DNA of 63,951 nucleotides, filler included. It is 7 parts of 7 records of this genome, joined end to end, with 100 filler letters (N's around TTAATTAATTAA, not from the genome) between each part and the next. Parts side by side here need not be neighbours in the genome. Positions count along the whole stretch, not along the records: positions 32,860 to 42,684 come from SRR20825006_2309; positions 42,785 to 47,894 come from SRR20825006_2314; positions 47,995 to 55,713 come from SRR20825006_2318; 4 more parts are not named here. One strand, 5' to 3'. Position numbers and translations under genes: made by a program. The notes beneath the pieces were generated by a model. The model was given only the letters and a program-made list of their open reading frames with translations. It had not been told where the DNA came from and made no database searches. Below, in pieces: positions 40,295 to 50,364 of this stretch; positions within the stretch are counted from its first letter, which is position 1; each line of letters opens with the position of its first letter.

Positions 40295-41536
40295 TTGAAA
40301 AAACTAAGTATTGTACTACTAGCAATGCTCACATTAATGAGCTGTGCAGACGATGAAAGTAAAGAGAAAGAACCCGTTAAAAAGGAAGTTAAAAAGCCGG
40401 TTAATAAGCGGTTTGGTTATGTGCTTGACGACTATGAAGTAGTTTCTGATACGGTACAGTCTGGTGATAGTTTTGGTCAGATTCTTTTTGAAAACGGGAT
40501 AGATTACGGTACTATTCAGCAAATAACAGATTCTGTAAAAAATACATTTGATACCCGTAAAATTGTCGTGGGTAAACCGTATACGCTTTTAAAAAGCAAA
40601 GATTCTACCAATCAAGCTCAGGTTTTTATTTATGAGCAAAACAGAATTGATTACGTGGTTCTTGATTTTAAAGATGAGGTAGTAAAAGCTGCAGCAAAAA
40701 AGCGTCCGGTAACTATAAAAGAACGCGTGGCGCACGGGGTAATCAATGATAACTTATCAAGTACATTTGATGATCTGGGCGTAAATATTCTTGTAGCCTA
40801 TGGGATGGCTGACATTTATGCGTGGACCATTGATTTCTTCCGACTGCAACCTGGTGACAAGTTTAAAGTAGTCTATACCGAAAAATATATTAATGATACC
40901 ATCCCGGCTGGGTTTGGTGAGATCAAGGCGAGTTGGTTTGAGCATAAAGGCAAGCCCGTTTATGCTTTCGCTTATCAAGCTGATTCTATTAACGGAGGTC
41001 GAAGAGATTATTACGATCAGGATGCCGATAACTTAAGAAGAGCCTTTTTAAAGAGTCCGCTTAAATTTGGCCGTATTTCTTCGCGCTATAATTTAAAACG
41101 CCGTATTGCCTATTATGGAAACCGCATTCGTCCGCACAAAGGTACCGACTTTGCAGCGCCTGTTGGAACCCCAATTATGGCAACTTCAGACGGTACCGTA
41201 ATCGCTTCGGAATACCGCGGCGGAAACGGTAATTACGTAAAGCTTCGACATAATGGAACGTATGATACGCAGTATTTACATATGAGCAAACGAGCCGTGA
41301 GTCGTGGTGATTATGTGCGCCAAGGAGAAGTGATAGGCTACATAGGGATGACCGGGAATACCAGCGGTCCTCACGTGTGCTATCGTTTCTGGAAAAATGG
41401 AAAGCAAGTTGATCCTTTTTCAATAGATTTACCTACATCAGAGCCGCTTGCCGAAGAATTGCAGCCGGCCTATTTTGAATATATCGCTCCATTACGAGCA
41501 GAACTAGATGCTATAACCTTCCAAAAATCAACATAA
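40295..41536 (+). CDS. M23 family peptidoglycan DD-endopeptidase (lipoprotein)
   Basis: LMSC lipobox, [17 protein letters not shown]. Confidence 0.9.
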   Translation: MKKLSIVLLAMLTLMSCADDESKEKEPVKKEVKKPVNKRFGYVLDDYEVVSDTVQSGDSFGQILFENGIDYGTIQQITDSVKNTFDTRKIVVGKPYTLLKSKDSTNQAQVFIYEQNRIDYVVLDFKDEVVKAAAKKRPVTIKERVAHGVINDNLSSTFDDLGVNILVAYGMADIYAWTIDFFRLQPGDKFKVVYTEKYINDTIPAGFGEIKASWFEHKGKPVYAFAYQADSINGGRRDYYDQDADNLRRAFLKSPLKFGRISSRYNLKRRIAYYGNRIRPHKGTDFAAPVGTPIMATSDGTVIASEYRGGNGNYVKLRHNGTYDTQYLHMSKRAVSRGDYVRQGEVIGYIGMTGNTSGPHVCYRFWKNGKQVDPFSIDLPTSEPLAEELQPAYFEYIAPLRAELDAITFQKST

Positions 41537-41537
41537 A

Positions 41538-42684
41538 ATGCAAAAAGTAAATCCCACTCAGACTAAAGCCTGGAAAGCGCTTCAGGCACATTTTGAAGAC
41601 ATTAAAGATGTCAAAATGAAAAACCTCTTTGAAGATCAGTCAAGGGCTGAAGCTTTTACTTTGAAGTGGGAAGACTTTTATGTGGATTACAGTAAAAACC
41701 GAATTACTGAAGAAACTAAAACCTTGCTTCTTGATCTTGCTAAAGAGATGAATCTTGAGGAAGCTAAGGCAGCTTATTTTGGTGGTGCAGCCATCAATGA
41801 GACCGAAGATCGTGCGGTGATGCATACGGCATTACGTCAACCAAGTACTGCTAGTGTAACGATTGACGGTGAAGACGTTATTCCTGAAGTAAATGCTGTA
41901 AAGGAAAAAATTAAAGGATTTTGTGATACAGTGATTAGCGGAGCGCACAAAGGCTATACCGGTAAAGCTATTACAGATGTAGTGAATATTGGTATTGGTG
42001 GATCTGATCTTGGGCCGGTGATGGTTGCAGAAGCTCTAGCGTATTACCACAATCATCTCAAGGTACATTTCATCTCTAATGTAGATGGCGATCACGTTCA
42101 CGAATCATTAAAAGACCTAAATCCGGAAACAACACTTTTTGTAATCGTTTCAAAAACATTCACTACACAAGAGACGCTTTCTAATGCAACTACTGCAAGA
42201 AAATGGTTTTTAAGTAAAGTGGCTGGAGCTGTAGAAGATGGTGAGGCAGTAGCTAAACACTTTGTGGCGGTTTCTACTAATGAAACTGCGGTTAAGGATT
42301 TTGGTATTGACCCAAATAACGTGTTCACGATGTGGGACTGGGTTGGTGGTCGTTTCTCACTATGGAGTTCAGTAGGACTTTCTATCGCTTTAGCTGTGGG
42401 TTACAACAATTTTGAAAGTATGCTTGCCGGGGCGCATAAAGCAGATGAGCATTTCAAGAATACACCTCTTGAGGAGAATATTTCGGTAATGATGGCGCTG
42501 GTGACGGTGTGGTATAACAATTTCTTTGGTGCCGAAAGCGAAGCGATCATTCCGTATACACAATACTTGCACCGTTTTCCTGCGTATCTTCAGCAGGCGA
42601 TTATGGAAAGTAACGGTAAAAGTGTAGATCGAAACGGTAAACACGTGGATTACCAAACCGGTCAGATTGTTTGGGGTGAGCCTG
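41538..42684 (+). CDS. pgi: Glucose-6-phosphate isomerase (3'-truncated)
   Basis: [36 protein letters not shown]. Confidence 0.96.
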
Positions 42685-42784
42685 NNNNNNNNNNNNNNNN
42701 NNNNNNNNNNNNNNNNNNNNNNNNNNNNTTAATTAATTAANNNNNNNNNNNNNNNNNNNNNNNNNNNNNNNNNNNNNNNNNNNN
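42685..42784. other. Artificial contig linker
   Basis: N-TTAATTAATTAA-N. Confidence 0.98.
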
Positions 42785-42980
42785 GTGCCAGCCAGCCACC
42801 GACCAGATTGGTGACGATGCCAGCAAATTCATACAGGACAAACAGCAGGGCAATTTCAAATGCGGAATAGCCCAACGCATGAAAATGCAACAGGACCAGC
42901 ATCCGCAATGCACCATCGGTCAGGGTGAAACCCCAATAGGCACTTGTGACCAGCGCATAGTTGCGGATTGCGGCTGACAT
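42785..42980 (-). CDS. arsJ: Organoarsenical efflux MFS transporter (3'-truncated)
   Basis: NYALVTSAYWGFTLTDGALRMLVLLHFH...YEFAGIVTNLVGGW; directly follows gapdh. Confidence 0.88.
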
Positions 42981-42990
42981 GGTGTTTCCC

Positions 42991-44007
42991 CTAAAGACTT
43001 TGCGCGACTTTGGCGGCCAAATCCGCCATTCGGCATACATAGCCCCATTCATTGTCATACCAAGCCAGTAATTTGACCTGACGTTTATCGATCACCATGG
43101 TTGATCCGGCATCAATGATTGAAGACCGGCTGTCATTAAGATAATCGACGCTGACCAGCGGGCGTTCTTCGTAACCCAGAATACCGGCCAGATAGGTTTC
43201 CGACGCTTCGCGCATCAGGCGATTGACGGTTTCAACATCGGTGTCGCGCGCGACTTCAAAAACGCAATCGGTCAGCGACGCATTTAACAATGGCACCCGC
43301 ACGGCAATACCGTTCAGTTTGCCCGTAAGTTCCGGGTAAATCATGGTGATTGCGGTTGCGGATCCAGTGCTGGTCGGGATCAAGGATTGCAGGCAGGACC
43401 GGGCACGGCGCAGATCACTATGGGGCAAATCAACCACGGTCTGGGTGTTGGTCACATCGTGGATGGTTGTGATGGAGCCATGCACAATCCCGATTTGTTC
43501 GTGGATGACTTTGACCACCGGGGCCAGACAATTGGTCGTGCAGCTTGCTGCGGTCAAAAGATTGTGTGTGGCCGGATCATAAAGATCGTCGTTGACGCCA
43601 TAGACGATGTTAAGCGCGCCTTCTTTGACCGGTGCGGCAACGATGACTTTTTTAACACCCTGATCGAAATAAGGCGCGAGTGTTTCAGGCGTTTTGAACT
43701 TGCCCGTGCATTCCAGAACAATGTCACAGCCCATCCCGACCCAATCGGTCTCGCCCGGCGTAGCATTTTCGCTAAACGATATTTTGGTGGTCTGATCAAT
43801 CACCACCTGATCGCCAATGCAGTCAACGCGTTTGGTCCAGCGGCCATGAACGGAATCAAATTCCAGAAGATGGGCCGCAGTTTTAGCCCCGCCTTTGATT
43901 TCGTTGATATGTACAAACTCAAAACTGGGATGACCCCAGCCAGCCCGCAGAACCAACCGGCCCATACGACCGAAACCATTTATGCCGATGCGGATCTTTT
44001 TCGTCAT
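42991..44007 (-). CDS. ArsJ-associated glyceraldehyde-3-phosphate dehydrogenase
   Basis: [29 protein letters not shown]; in ars operon upstream of arsJ. Confidence 0.9.
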   Translation of the reverse strand: MTKKIRIGINGFGRMGRLVLRAGWGHPSFEFVHINEIKGGAKTAAHLLEFDSVHGRWTKRVDCIGDQVVIDQTTKISFSENATPGETDWVGMGCDIVLECTGKFKTPETLAPYFDQGVKKVIVAAPVKEGALNIVYGVNDDLYDPATHNLLTAASCTTNCLAPVVKVIHEQIGIVHGSITTIHDVTNTQTVVDLPHSDLRRARSCLQSLIPTSTGSATAITMIYPELTGKLNGIAVRVPLLNASLTDCVFEVARDTDVETVNRLMREASETYLAGILGYEERPLVSVDYLNDSRSSIIDAGSTMVIDKRQVKLLAWYDNEWGYVCRMADLAAKVAQSL

Positions 44008-44061
44008 GACGCGAACCTGAAACCTTTAAGCCGATAGAGGCAGTTTTGAGGGGTGTTTTGT

Positions 44062-45120
44062 TTAATGTGACGTGCTTTGCGATGGCGCAAACCAGCCGCG
44101 GGATCGATTGGCAATCGCAACCAATGACAACATGACCGGGACTTCAACCAGAACCCCGACGACAGTTGCCAATGCCGCACCCGATGAAAACCCGAACAGG
44201 CCAATTGCGGTTGCCACGGCCAGTTCAAAGAAGTTCGAAGCGCCAATCATCGCAGACGGGGCAGCAATGCGGTGCTCTACCCCAAGGAGCTTGTTTGCGA
44301 CATAGGCAATGGCGGCAATGAAATAGGTCTGCAAAATGATCGGCACGGCCAAAAGGGCGATGATCATGGGTTGGGCAATGATTTGCTGTCCCTGAAAGGC
44401 AAACAGCAAAACCAGCGTGCTCAGAAGGGCGATCATGGAAACGGGTTTAAGCTTGGCATCAAACGCATTGAACTGCTCAACCCCGCCTTTCATCATCTGA
44501 TGTCGGATTGCTTGGCCGATAATGACCGGGATGACGATAAAGGCCACGACCGAAATGGTCAGGGTTTGCCACGGAATGGTGATCGCTGAAATGCCGAGCA
44601 ACAAGGCGACAATCGGGGCAAAGGCAAAGATCATGATCGTGTCGTTCAACGCCACCTGCGTCAGGGTGAAATTCGCATCCCCCTTGGTCAGGTTCGACCA
44701 GACAAACACCATCGCCGTACAAGGTGCCGCACCCAGCAGGATCAATCCCGCAATATAGCTTTCAATCTGGGCTTCGGGCAAAAGCGGGCGGAATAAAAAA
44801 CCGATAAACAGCCAGCCAAGGGCGGCCATGGTAAACGGTTTGATCAGCCAGTTCACGCCAAGGGTGACGCTAATGCCGCGCCATTGACGACCGACTTCGT
44901 GCAGGGCACCAAAATCAACCTTCATCAGCATTGGAATGATCATCAGCCAGATCAAAACCGTGACCGGCAGATTGATTTCATAGGCGGTCAGATTACCAAT
45001 GGTCTGAAACAGGTTCGGAAACAGTTGACCCAGCACAATACCAACCACAATGCTAAGTGCGACCCAGACCGTCAGATAGCGTTCAAACAAGTTCATCGGC
45101 GCGTCTTCTTGGGCGGTCAT
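44062..45120 (-). CDS. acr3: ACR3 family arsenite efflux transporter
   Basis: FERYLTVWV, NWLIKPF, APCTAMVFVW, SNFFELAVA, LVEVPVML. Confidence 0.93.
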   Translation of the reverse strand: MTAQEDAPMNLFERYLTVWVALSIVVGIVLGQLFPNLFQTIGNLTAYEINLPVTVLIWLMIIPMLMKVDFGALHEVGRQWRGISVTLGVNWLIKPFTMAALGWLFIGFLFRPLLPEAQIESYIAGLILLGAAPCTAMVFVWSNLTKGDANFTLTQVALNDTIMIFAFAPIVALLLGISAITIPWQTLTISVVAFIVIPVIIGQAIRHQMMKGGVEQFNAFDAKLKPVSMIALLSTLVLLFAFQGQQIIAQPMIIALLAVPIILQTYFIAAIAYVANKLLGVEHRIAAPSAMIGASNFFELAVATAIGLFGFSSGAALATVVGVLVEVPVMLSLVAIANRSRGWFAPSQSTSH

Positions 45121-45629
45121 ACATCCTCACGGTCGGTAATTTGGCCGATTTTGTTCAGTTCCTGTTGTAACGACAGGCGGTCAAGTGACCGGAATGGCAG
45201 GCTGGTGAAAATCGAAATCCGGTTGCGCAACATGCGATAGGTATCGGCGAATGCCAGGCGCTTTTCCGCTTCGCTGCCTTCGACGGCAGCCGGATCTGGA
45301 ACGCCCCAGTGGGCCGTCATTGGTGATCCGGGAAAGATCGGACAGTCTTCATTGGCCGTTGCGTCACACACCGTGAACACGAAATCAAATTTGATCTCGT
45401 CCTGCTCGGAATAGGTTTCCATCGCCTTGGATGAAAAATCTGCCGGATTATGATCCAGACTTTTCAAAAGATCCCGCGCGTAAGGATGGATTTCACCGCG
45501 CGGATAAGACCCGGCACTAAAGCCAAAGAAATGGTCATGACCTTCTTTCTTCAGGATTGCTTCGGCCATGATGCTGCGTGCGGAATTGGCCCGGCACAGA
45601 AAAAGCACGTTATAGATACCACCAGACAT
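45117..45629 (-). CDS. arsC: Arsenate reductase (LMW-PTP type)
   Basis: LFLCRANSARS (CX5R), TVCD, CPIFPG, HWGVPDP. Confidence 0.9.
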   Translation of the reverse strand: MSGGIYNVLFLCRANSARSIMAEAILKKEGHDHFFGFSAGSYPRGEIHPYARDLLKSLDHNPADFSSKAMETYSEQDEIKFDFVFTVCDATANEDCPIFPGSPMTAHWGVPDPAAVEGSEAEKRLAFADTYRMLRNRISIFTSLPFRSLDRLSLQQELNKIGQITDREDV

Positions 45630-45676
45630 ATCGTTTCGTCCTTTGCAAAGGGGCAGTTGGCCGTTGGCAATTTGGG

Positions 45677-46009
45677 CTAACAGCAGCCGTTTTTCGTCGC
45701 AGGTGTCAGTCCACACAATTCAGGCCGGCCGTGGCAGCAATCATCTGTCAGGAATCCCAGAAGGTTGCGCATGACTTCGGGAACGATACGGTAAATCATC
45801 GATCGTCCGTCACGGGTTGCCGCAATCAGTCCCGCATTGCTCAATGTCGCCAGATGCGATGACATTGTGTTGTGCGGGATGCCGATTTTGCGGGCGACGT
45901 CACCTGCGGCCATGCCGGTTTCTCCGGCCTCGGCCAGCAAACGAAACGCTGCCAGTCTGTGTTCCTGTGCCAATGCGGCAAGTGCGCTAATTGCGTTGTT
46001 TGTGTCCAT
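45677..46009 (-). CDS. arsR: ArsR regulator with C-terminal Cys pairs
   Basis: ALAQEHRLAAFRLL, HTH, DDCCHGRPELC...GCC. Confidence 0.9.
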   Translation of the reverse strand: MDTNNAISALAALAQEHRLAAFRLLAEAGETGMAAGDVARKIGIPHNTMSSHLATLSNAGLIAATRDGRSMIYRIVPEVMRNLLGFLTDDCCHGRPELCGLTPATKNGCC

Positions 46010-46010
46010 A

Positions 46011-46028
46011 TGTCGAGAATTATCGACA
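46011..46028. promoter_or_regulatory. Candidate ArsR operator 1
   Basis: TGTCGA-gaatta-TCGACA immediately upstream of the arsR start. Confidence 0.65.
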
Positions 46029-46139
46029 CAATAATAATTTGGCAAGTGACAATTGTGTTTCAGAACAAGGTTTGATGCCGTTTCGACAGGTAGTCGTTTT
46101 AAATCAATGAATTAAATCGGCCGGCAAAAACGTCTTTAA

Positions 46140-46159
46140 ATAACTAGAAATATAGTTAT
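46140..46159. promoter_or_regulatory. Candidate ArsR operator 2
   Basis: ATAACTA-gaaata-TAGTTAT upstream of the second arsR. Confidence 0.65.
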
Positions 46160-46168
46160 AATGAGTGC

Positions 46169-46510
46169 ATGAAAGAAAAAGACATCGCACCGGCCTTTGC
46201 CGCACTGGGTCATGAAGCCCGATTGAAAATCTATCGCCAGCTGGTGAAGGCGGGCGAGGATGGGCTTAATATCGGCGATATTGGACGGTTGCTGGACCTT
46301 CCTGCATCAACATTATCGCATCATCTGGGAATGCTGGTTCAGGCCGGGCTGGTTACGCAGGAAAAGCAGGGCCGCGAAACCCGCAACCGTGCAGATTTTG
46401 AAGCGATGGACAATTTGGTCGGCTTTATCACCGATGAATGTTGCAGCGGGGTTGATCTGACCACGGGTGCGCTGCCCACGGCACGATCGGATAGCGAAAC
46501 GGCGGCGTAA
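46169..46510 (+). CDS. arsR: Second ArsR/SmtB regulator
   Basis: ALGHEARLKIYRQL, LPASTLSHHL, DECC. Confidence 0.88.
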   Translation: MKEKDIAPAFAALGHEARLKIYRQLVKAGEDGLNIGDIGRLLDLPASTLSHHLGMLVQAGLVTQEKQGRETRNRADFEAMDNLVGFITDECCSGVDLTTGALPTARSDSETAA

Positions 46511-46531
46511 TGCCGCCTTTCATTTGATTTA

Positions 46532-46555
46532 ATATACCTACTTTTCTAGGGATAT
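46532..46555. promoter_or_regulatory. Candidate ArsR operator 3
   Basis: ATATACCTA-cttttc-TAGGGATAT (8/9 IR) just before the permease start. Confidence 0.55.
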
Positions 46556-46559
46556 AGAT

Positions 46560-47597
46560 ATGACTGCGCTGGCTTTACAACTTCGCCGTATCGGAACTTC
46601 GGCCCGTCAGGTTGATCGGGTTTTTCTGGCATCAATGGCAATTCTGGCTGCGGTCTATCTGTTGGATCCATCGCAACTGGTGCCAAGTGTCGCCTTTACG
46701 CTTGATGCCTTTGTCGGAACCGCACCCTATTTGCTGCTTTCCATCGCGATTGCGGCGTATGCGACGGCAAGCGGGGCGGATAATTTGATATCGCGTGCCT
46801 TTGCCGGTCATCCGGTGCGCATGGTGTTTACGGCTGCGGCCTTTGGCGCGTTGTCGCCCTTTTGCTCCTGCGGGGTGATCCCGTTGATTGCCGCCTTGCT
46901 TGCCATGGGGGTGCCGTTGGCACCGGTTATGGCGTTCTGGTTGGCGTCCCCTGTGATTGATCCGGCGATGTTTGTTTTAACCGCGGGCACCCTTGGAACC
47001 GATTTTGCCGTGATCAAAATGATTGCCGCCATTGCGCTTGGCCTGATGGGCGGTTTCGTCACCATGTGGTTGGTCGCACGCGGTTTCCTTTCTGATCCGC
47101 TGCGCGAAGGTGTTGGCAATGGTGGATGTGGCGGGGCAAAGGTCCGCACGCATAAGGACGTCATCTGGAAATTCTGGCAGGAGGGTGACCGCATGACAAA
47201 GTTCCGCAAATCCGCCATTTCGAACATGATGTTCCTTGGCAAATGGCTGGCCTTTGCGTTTTTGCTGGAAAGCTTGATGGTTGCCTATATCCCCGCTGAA
47301 AGTGTTAGTGGCCTATTGGGTGGCGAGGGAATTGGCCCGATTGCGATTGCAACGATTGTCGGGGTTCCGGCCTATTTGAATGGGTATGCCGCCCTTCCGA
47401 TTATGGAAGGCTTGATTGCGCAGGGCATGCAATCCGGGGCGGCCATGGCATTTCTTGTTGCTGGCGGGGTGTCGTCGATCCCGGCGGCCATTGCCGTCTT
47501 TGCCTTGGTCAAACGGCCGGTTTTTGCGCTTTATCTGGCCTATGCGCTGTTTGGATCGTTCGCAATCGGGGTGATTTCGCAAGTTTGGCTGGGGTAA
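46560..47597 (+). CDS. arsP: ArsP-family (DUF318) permease
   Basis: LSPFCSCGVIP, FWLASP, GVPAYLNG; ars context. Confidence 0.8.
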   Translation: MTALALQLRRIGTSARQVDRVFLASMAILAAVYLLDPSQLVPSVAFTLDAFVGTAPYLLLSIAIAAYATASGADNLISRAFAGHPVRMVFTAAAFGALSPFCSCGVIPLIAALLAMGVPLAPVMAFWLASPVIDPAMFVLTAGTLGTDFAVIKMIAAIALGLMGGFVTMWLVARGFLSDPLREGVGNGGCGGAKVRTHKDVIWKFWQEGDRMTKFRKSAISNMMFLGKWLAFAFLLESLMVAYIPAESVSGLLGGEGIGPIAIATIVGVPAYLNGYAALPIMEGLIAQGMQSGAAMAFLVAGGVSSIPAAIAVFALVKRPVFALYLAYALFGSFAIGVISQVWLG

Positions 47598-47711
47598 TCG
47601 GGCACTTGCATGGGTGCTACATGTCCGATATGTCGATTTCACGGTGGCAAAAGGCTTAAAAATCGCTACATTGCGCGCCAAGAATTCATATCGGATTAAA
47701 GTTGAGTAACC

Positions 47712-47894
47712 ATGTCGACGATTGAGCAGCAGGTATCGCGTCGCCGTACCTTCGCTATCATTGCGCACCCGGATGCGGGTAAAACGACCCTGACCGAAAA
47801 GCTGTTGCTGTTCGGGGGTGCGATTCAGATGGCCGGCGCGGTGAAGGCAAAAAAGGAACAGCGCGGCGCACGTTCGGACTTCATGAAGATCGAA
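47712..47894 (+). CDS. prfC: Peptide chain release factor 3 (3'-truncated)
   Basis: [28 protein letters not shown]. Confidence 0.95.
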
Positions 47895-47994
47895 NNNNNN
47901 NNNNNNNNNNNNNNNNNNNNNNNNNNNNNNNNNNNNNNTTAATTAATTAANNNNNNNNNNNNNNNNNNNNNNNNNNNNNNNNNNNNNNNNNNNN
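47895..47994. other. Artificial contig linker
   Basis: N-TTAATTAATTAA-N. Confidence 0.98.
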
Positions 47995-48001
47995 ATTGGT
48001 T

Positions 48002-48082
48002 ATGCATCAAGAAAAATTATCAATCCTTTATGTAGTTAGTAAAACTAAAACAAGCAAGACACTCGTGCTAGCTAGAAGATAA
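48002..48082 (+). pseudogene. Possible remnant of a Bacteroidota integrase N-terminus
   Basis: MHQEKLSILYVVSKTKT resembles the first strand of flavobacterial integrase arm-binding domains; stop after 26 codons. Confidence 0.3.
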
Positions 48083-48206
48083 AAAATTAGATTCAAACTA
48101 CACTCATCCTAGTAGAGTTACAAAAAATCCTTTTTTTATTCCCTCTATAAATCAACAACCTCGAGATGAACCTACGAGATATTCAAAAGAAAAATAATTC
48201 TCTCCT

Positions 48207-48222
48207 TTACGGAATTCCGTAA
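48207..48222. promoter_or_regulatory. Perfect palindrome, candidate LuxR/NarL-type operator
   Basis: TTACGGAATTCCGTAA, centred ~30 bp upstream of a Bacteroidota -7 element TACATTTG (48244-48251). Confidence 0.6.
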
Positions 48223-48280
48223 GGAAAATAAATTCTATCATTTTACATTTGAGCTGAAAATAATTCTTAAACTAAAAAAG

Positions 48281-49048
48281 ATGAAAATTAGAAATTTTCC
48301 AATTGCAGCTGTATTATTAACCTTAGCTATGGTTGGCTGTGATGATTCTACTTCGGATGAATTTGAAGAAGTAAATGGAAATGTAAAAGAAAAATACCTA
48401 AAAGGTGTTACCACTTTATCCCCTCAAAACGATTACTACAACAGAACATTCGCCATTGGATACGATTCAAATAATCGTGTTTCTACTGCTTCAAATGGGT
48501 CAGAAAGCAGCATTTTTGTGTATGATGATAATGGGAGTTTATCTAATATTACTGGAGGAAATAGTGATGCTTTTAGTATGAATGAACTTTATAAATCTCC
48601 ATATGATGCCTTTGAAGTAGGGCATGTGGAAGAATATGATGACAATGGAAATCCTAAAATCATCTCATTTATTGAAGAGGATTATGATTATGAAATCCAA
48701 GATTATGTATACGAGCAATATACAGCCGAATTAGAATATGACAACGTTCCAAATCCATATTTCCATACTTTAAAAGCAGCTGGATTTATAGAGGCTATGG
48801 ATAAAGTTCAGCTTAATTTTAGTATGACACCGCAGGCCTCTGAAATTGTAGCAGCTAGAAACCTTTTTCCTAACAATAACCCTACTAGAATTACATATAA
48901 AAATTCTAATAACGAAATAATTTATCTTTATAATGCTGATTATGAATATGATAACGACAATTATCCAACTGAAGCTGTTATTACTACATCAGATCTAAAT
49001 TCAGGTGAAACCAGCCAATATACTGTAATATATAGCTACAAAGATTAA
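48281..49048 (+). CDS. Acidic lipoprotein of unknown function
   Basis: MVGC lipobox followed by DDSTSDE; YDxxG-type (YD-like) repeats. Confidence 0.8.
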   Translation: MKIRNFPIAAVLLTLAMVGCDDSTSDEFEEVNGNVKEKYLKGVTTLSPQNDYYNRTFAIGYDSNNRVSTASNGSESSIFVYDDNGSLSNITGGNSDAFSMNELYKSPYDAFEVGHVEEYDDNGNPKIISFIEEDYDYEIQDYVYEQYTAELEYDNVPNPYFHTLKAAGFIEAMDKVQLNFSMTPQASEIVAARNLFPNNNPTRITYKNSNNEIIYLYNADYEYDNDNYPTEAVITTSDLNSGETSQYTVIYSYKD

Positions 49049-49073
49049 CCAAGCAATGATGCATTAACCAACG

Positions 49074-49106
49074 AAGCCGTTTTGAGAATTTTCAAAACGG
49101 CTTTTT
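49074..49106. terminator. Intrinsic terminator between convergent genes
   Basis: AAGCCGTTTTGAG-aatt-TTCAAAACGGCTT followed by T-run. Confidence 0.8.
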
Positions 49107-49118
49107 ATATGTCCTTTT

Positions 49119-49802
49119 CTAAAGAGAAGGCTCTACATACTTATTGTACATATAGGGCGTAACGGGCTTTAGATGCTCTTTTGTTACTGGATGCTTCCCA
49201 AAATAAGAGAAGTATTCAATAGTGCCATCTTCCATTTTGCAGTAGTATGTTTTTCCTATCTTAACTTCTTTAATATGTATCTTTTTTAATTTTTTATAAA
49301 CTGTAACATCATAAATAATAATTTCATTAGTAGTTTCTGTCTCGCTAATATTACATGATACTATTTCGTACTGAAATTCTTTCCACGACATACATTTCGG
49401 TTCAGATTTGAAAAATATGCTGTAACTAAGCCCTAGTAAGAGTATAATTCCCAAAATTATAAGCAATATCCGCTCACCATTAAATTTATTTTTTGGAGAA
49501 TCTAATGCAACCTTTGCCCCATCTTCTGCATTCTTTTTTATAAAATCTTCGTAATTACTATCTCCAACATAATGCGCCATTAAATCTAATAATTCAATTT
49601 TAAGAGTAACGGACCTGCTAGTATCTTTTAAAAGATAGAAGTTGTATATAGTAGTAAATGTTCTTACCGAAATAGGATGCTTATAATCTTCAGTAAAGAT
49701 AGTCGACAGGTGGGTAGCTTGTCCATTTTTAGTTTTACTGCCACTTTTAGATTTAGCTTTATCAAAAACTCGTTTTACAAGTTCTTCATATGGATTTTTC
49801 AT
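49119..49802 (-). CDS. Hypothetical single-pass membrane protein (cytoplasmic HTH-like N-terminus)
   Basis: N-terminal helical region (ISVRTFTTIY), one TM segment (ILLIILGIILLLGLSY), Cys-containing C-terminal domain. Confidence 0.7.
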   Translation of the reverse strand: MKNPYEELVKRVFDKAKSKSGSKTKNGQATHLSTIFTEDYKHPISVRTFTTIYNFYLLKDTSRSVTLKIELLDLMAHYVGDSNYEDFIKKNAEDGAKVALDSPKNKFNGERILLIILGIILLLGLSYSIFFKSEPKCMSWKEFQYEIVSCNISETETTNEIIIYDVTVYKKLKKIHIKEVKIGKTYYCKMEDGTIEYFSYFGKHPVTKEHLKPVTPYMYNKYVEPSL

Positions 49803-50157
49803 AATTGGATTAAGTTCAGGACTTTAAAAATAAAAATAATTAGACAATCGATGGTCATTTTTGTCGGACATTCTTTTCCATGTTTTGTCCACAATTAAAC
49901 GGCAAACCTCCCTTTCCTTTGCTGTCAAGATTGGTTGAGGTTGTGTTTAGCTAACATAACCAAAGCGCATCAACTTTTCTTACGGAAATCCACAATGTGA
50001 GAAAAATAGTAACAGGGAAGCAGCTATTAAGTAACACATTTGGATCTCCACTTCCCAAAATATTAAGGAGTATTTCCTTACAGATTTTAGTTGCTCTATA
50101 AAAATCTCTGCATAGGCGGACAGCAACTCTATTGTTTAATTTTTTAAATCCATTATT

Positions 50158-50337
50158 ATGAAAAAAATACTTTTAATACTTACTGTAATCTCATTAAATG
50201 CTGTTTTACAATCGTGTACAAAAGAAAGTGTAGCAAGTACAGACGCTCTTTACAATACACAAGCTTCGGAAGACGCAGAAATAAATCAGGATCCAGATGA
50301 GCCCGACGAACCAGAAACTCCAAAAAACGGAGAATAA
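50158..50337 (+). CDS. Small 59-aa lipoprotein / putative signalling peptide precursor
   Basis: Not in the ORF track: MKKILLILTVISLNAVLQSC-TKESVASTDALYNTQASEDAEINQDPDEPDEPETPKNGE; lipobox LQSC; 27 nt before the kinase. Confidence 0.75.
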   Translation: MKKILLILTVISLNAVLQSCTKESVASTDALYNTQASEDAEINQDPDEPDEPETPKNGE

Positions 50338-50364
50338 AGGCTAAATAATTTTTATTTTAGGGGA

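Noticed and set aside
42991-44007. Glycolytic GAPDH misplaced in an ars operon as a novelty
   Set aside because: The GAPDH-ArsJ pairing is an established arsenate-resistance pathway.
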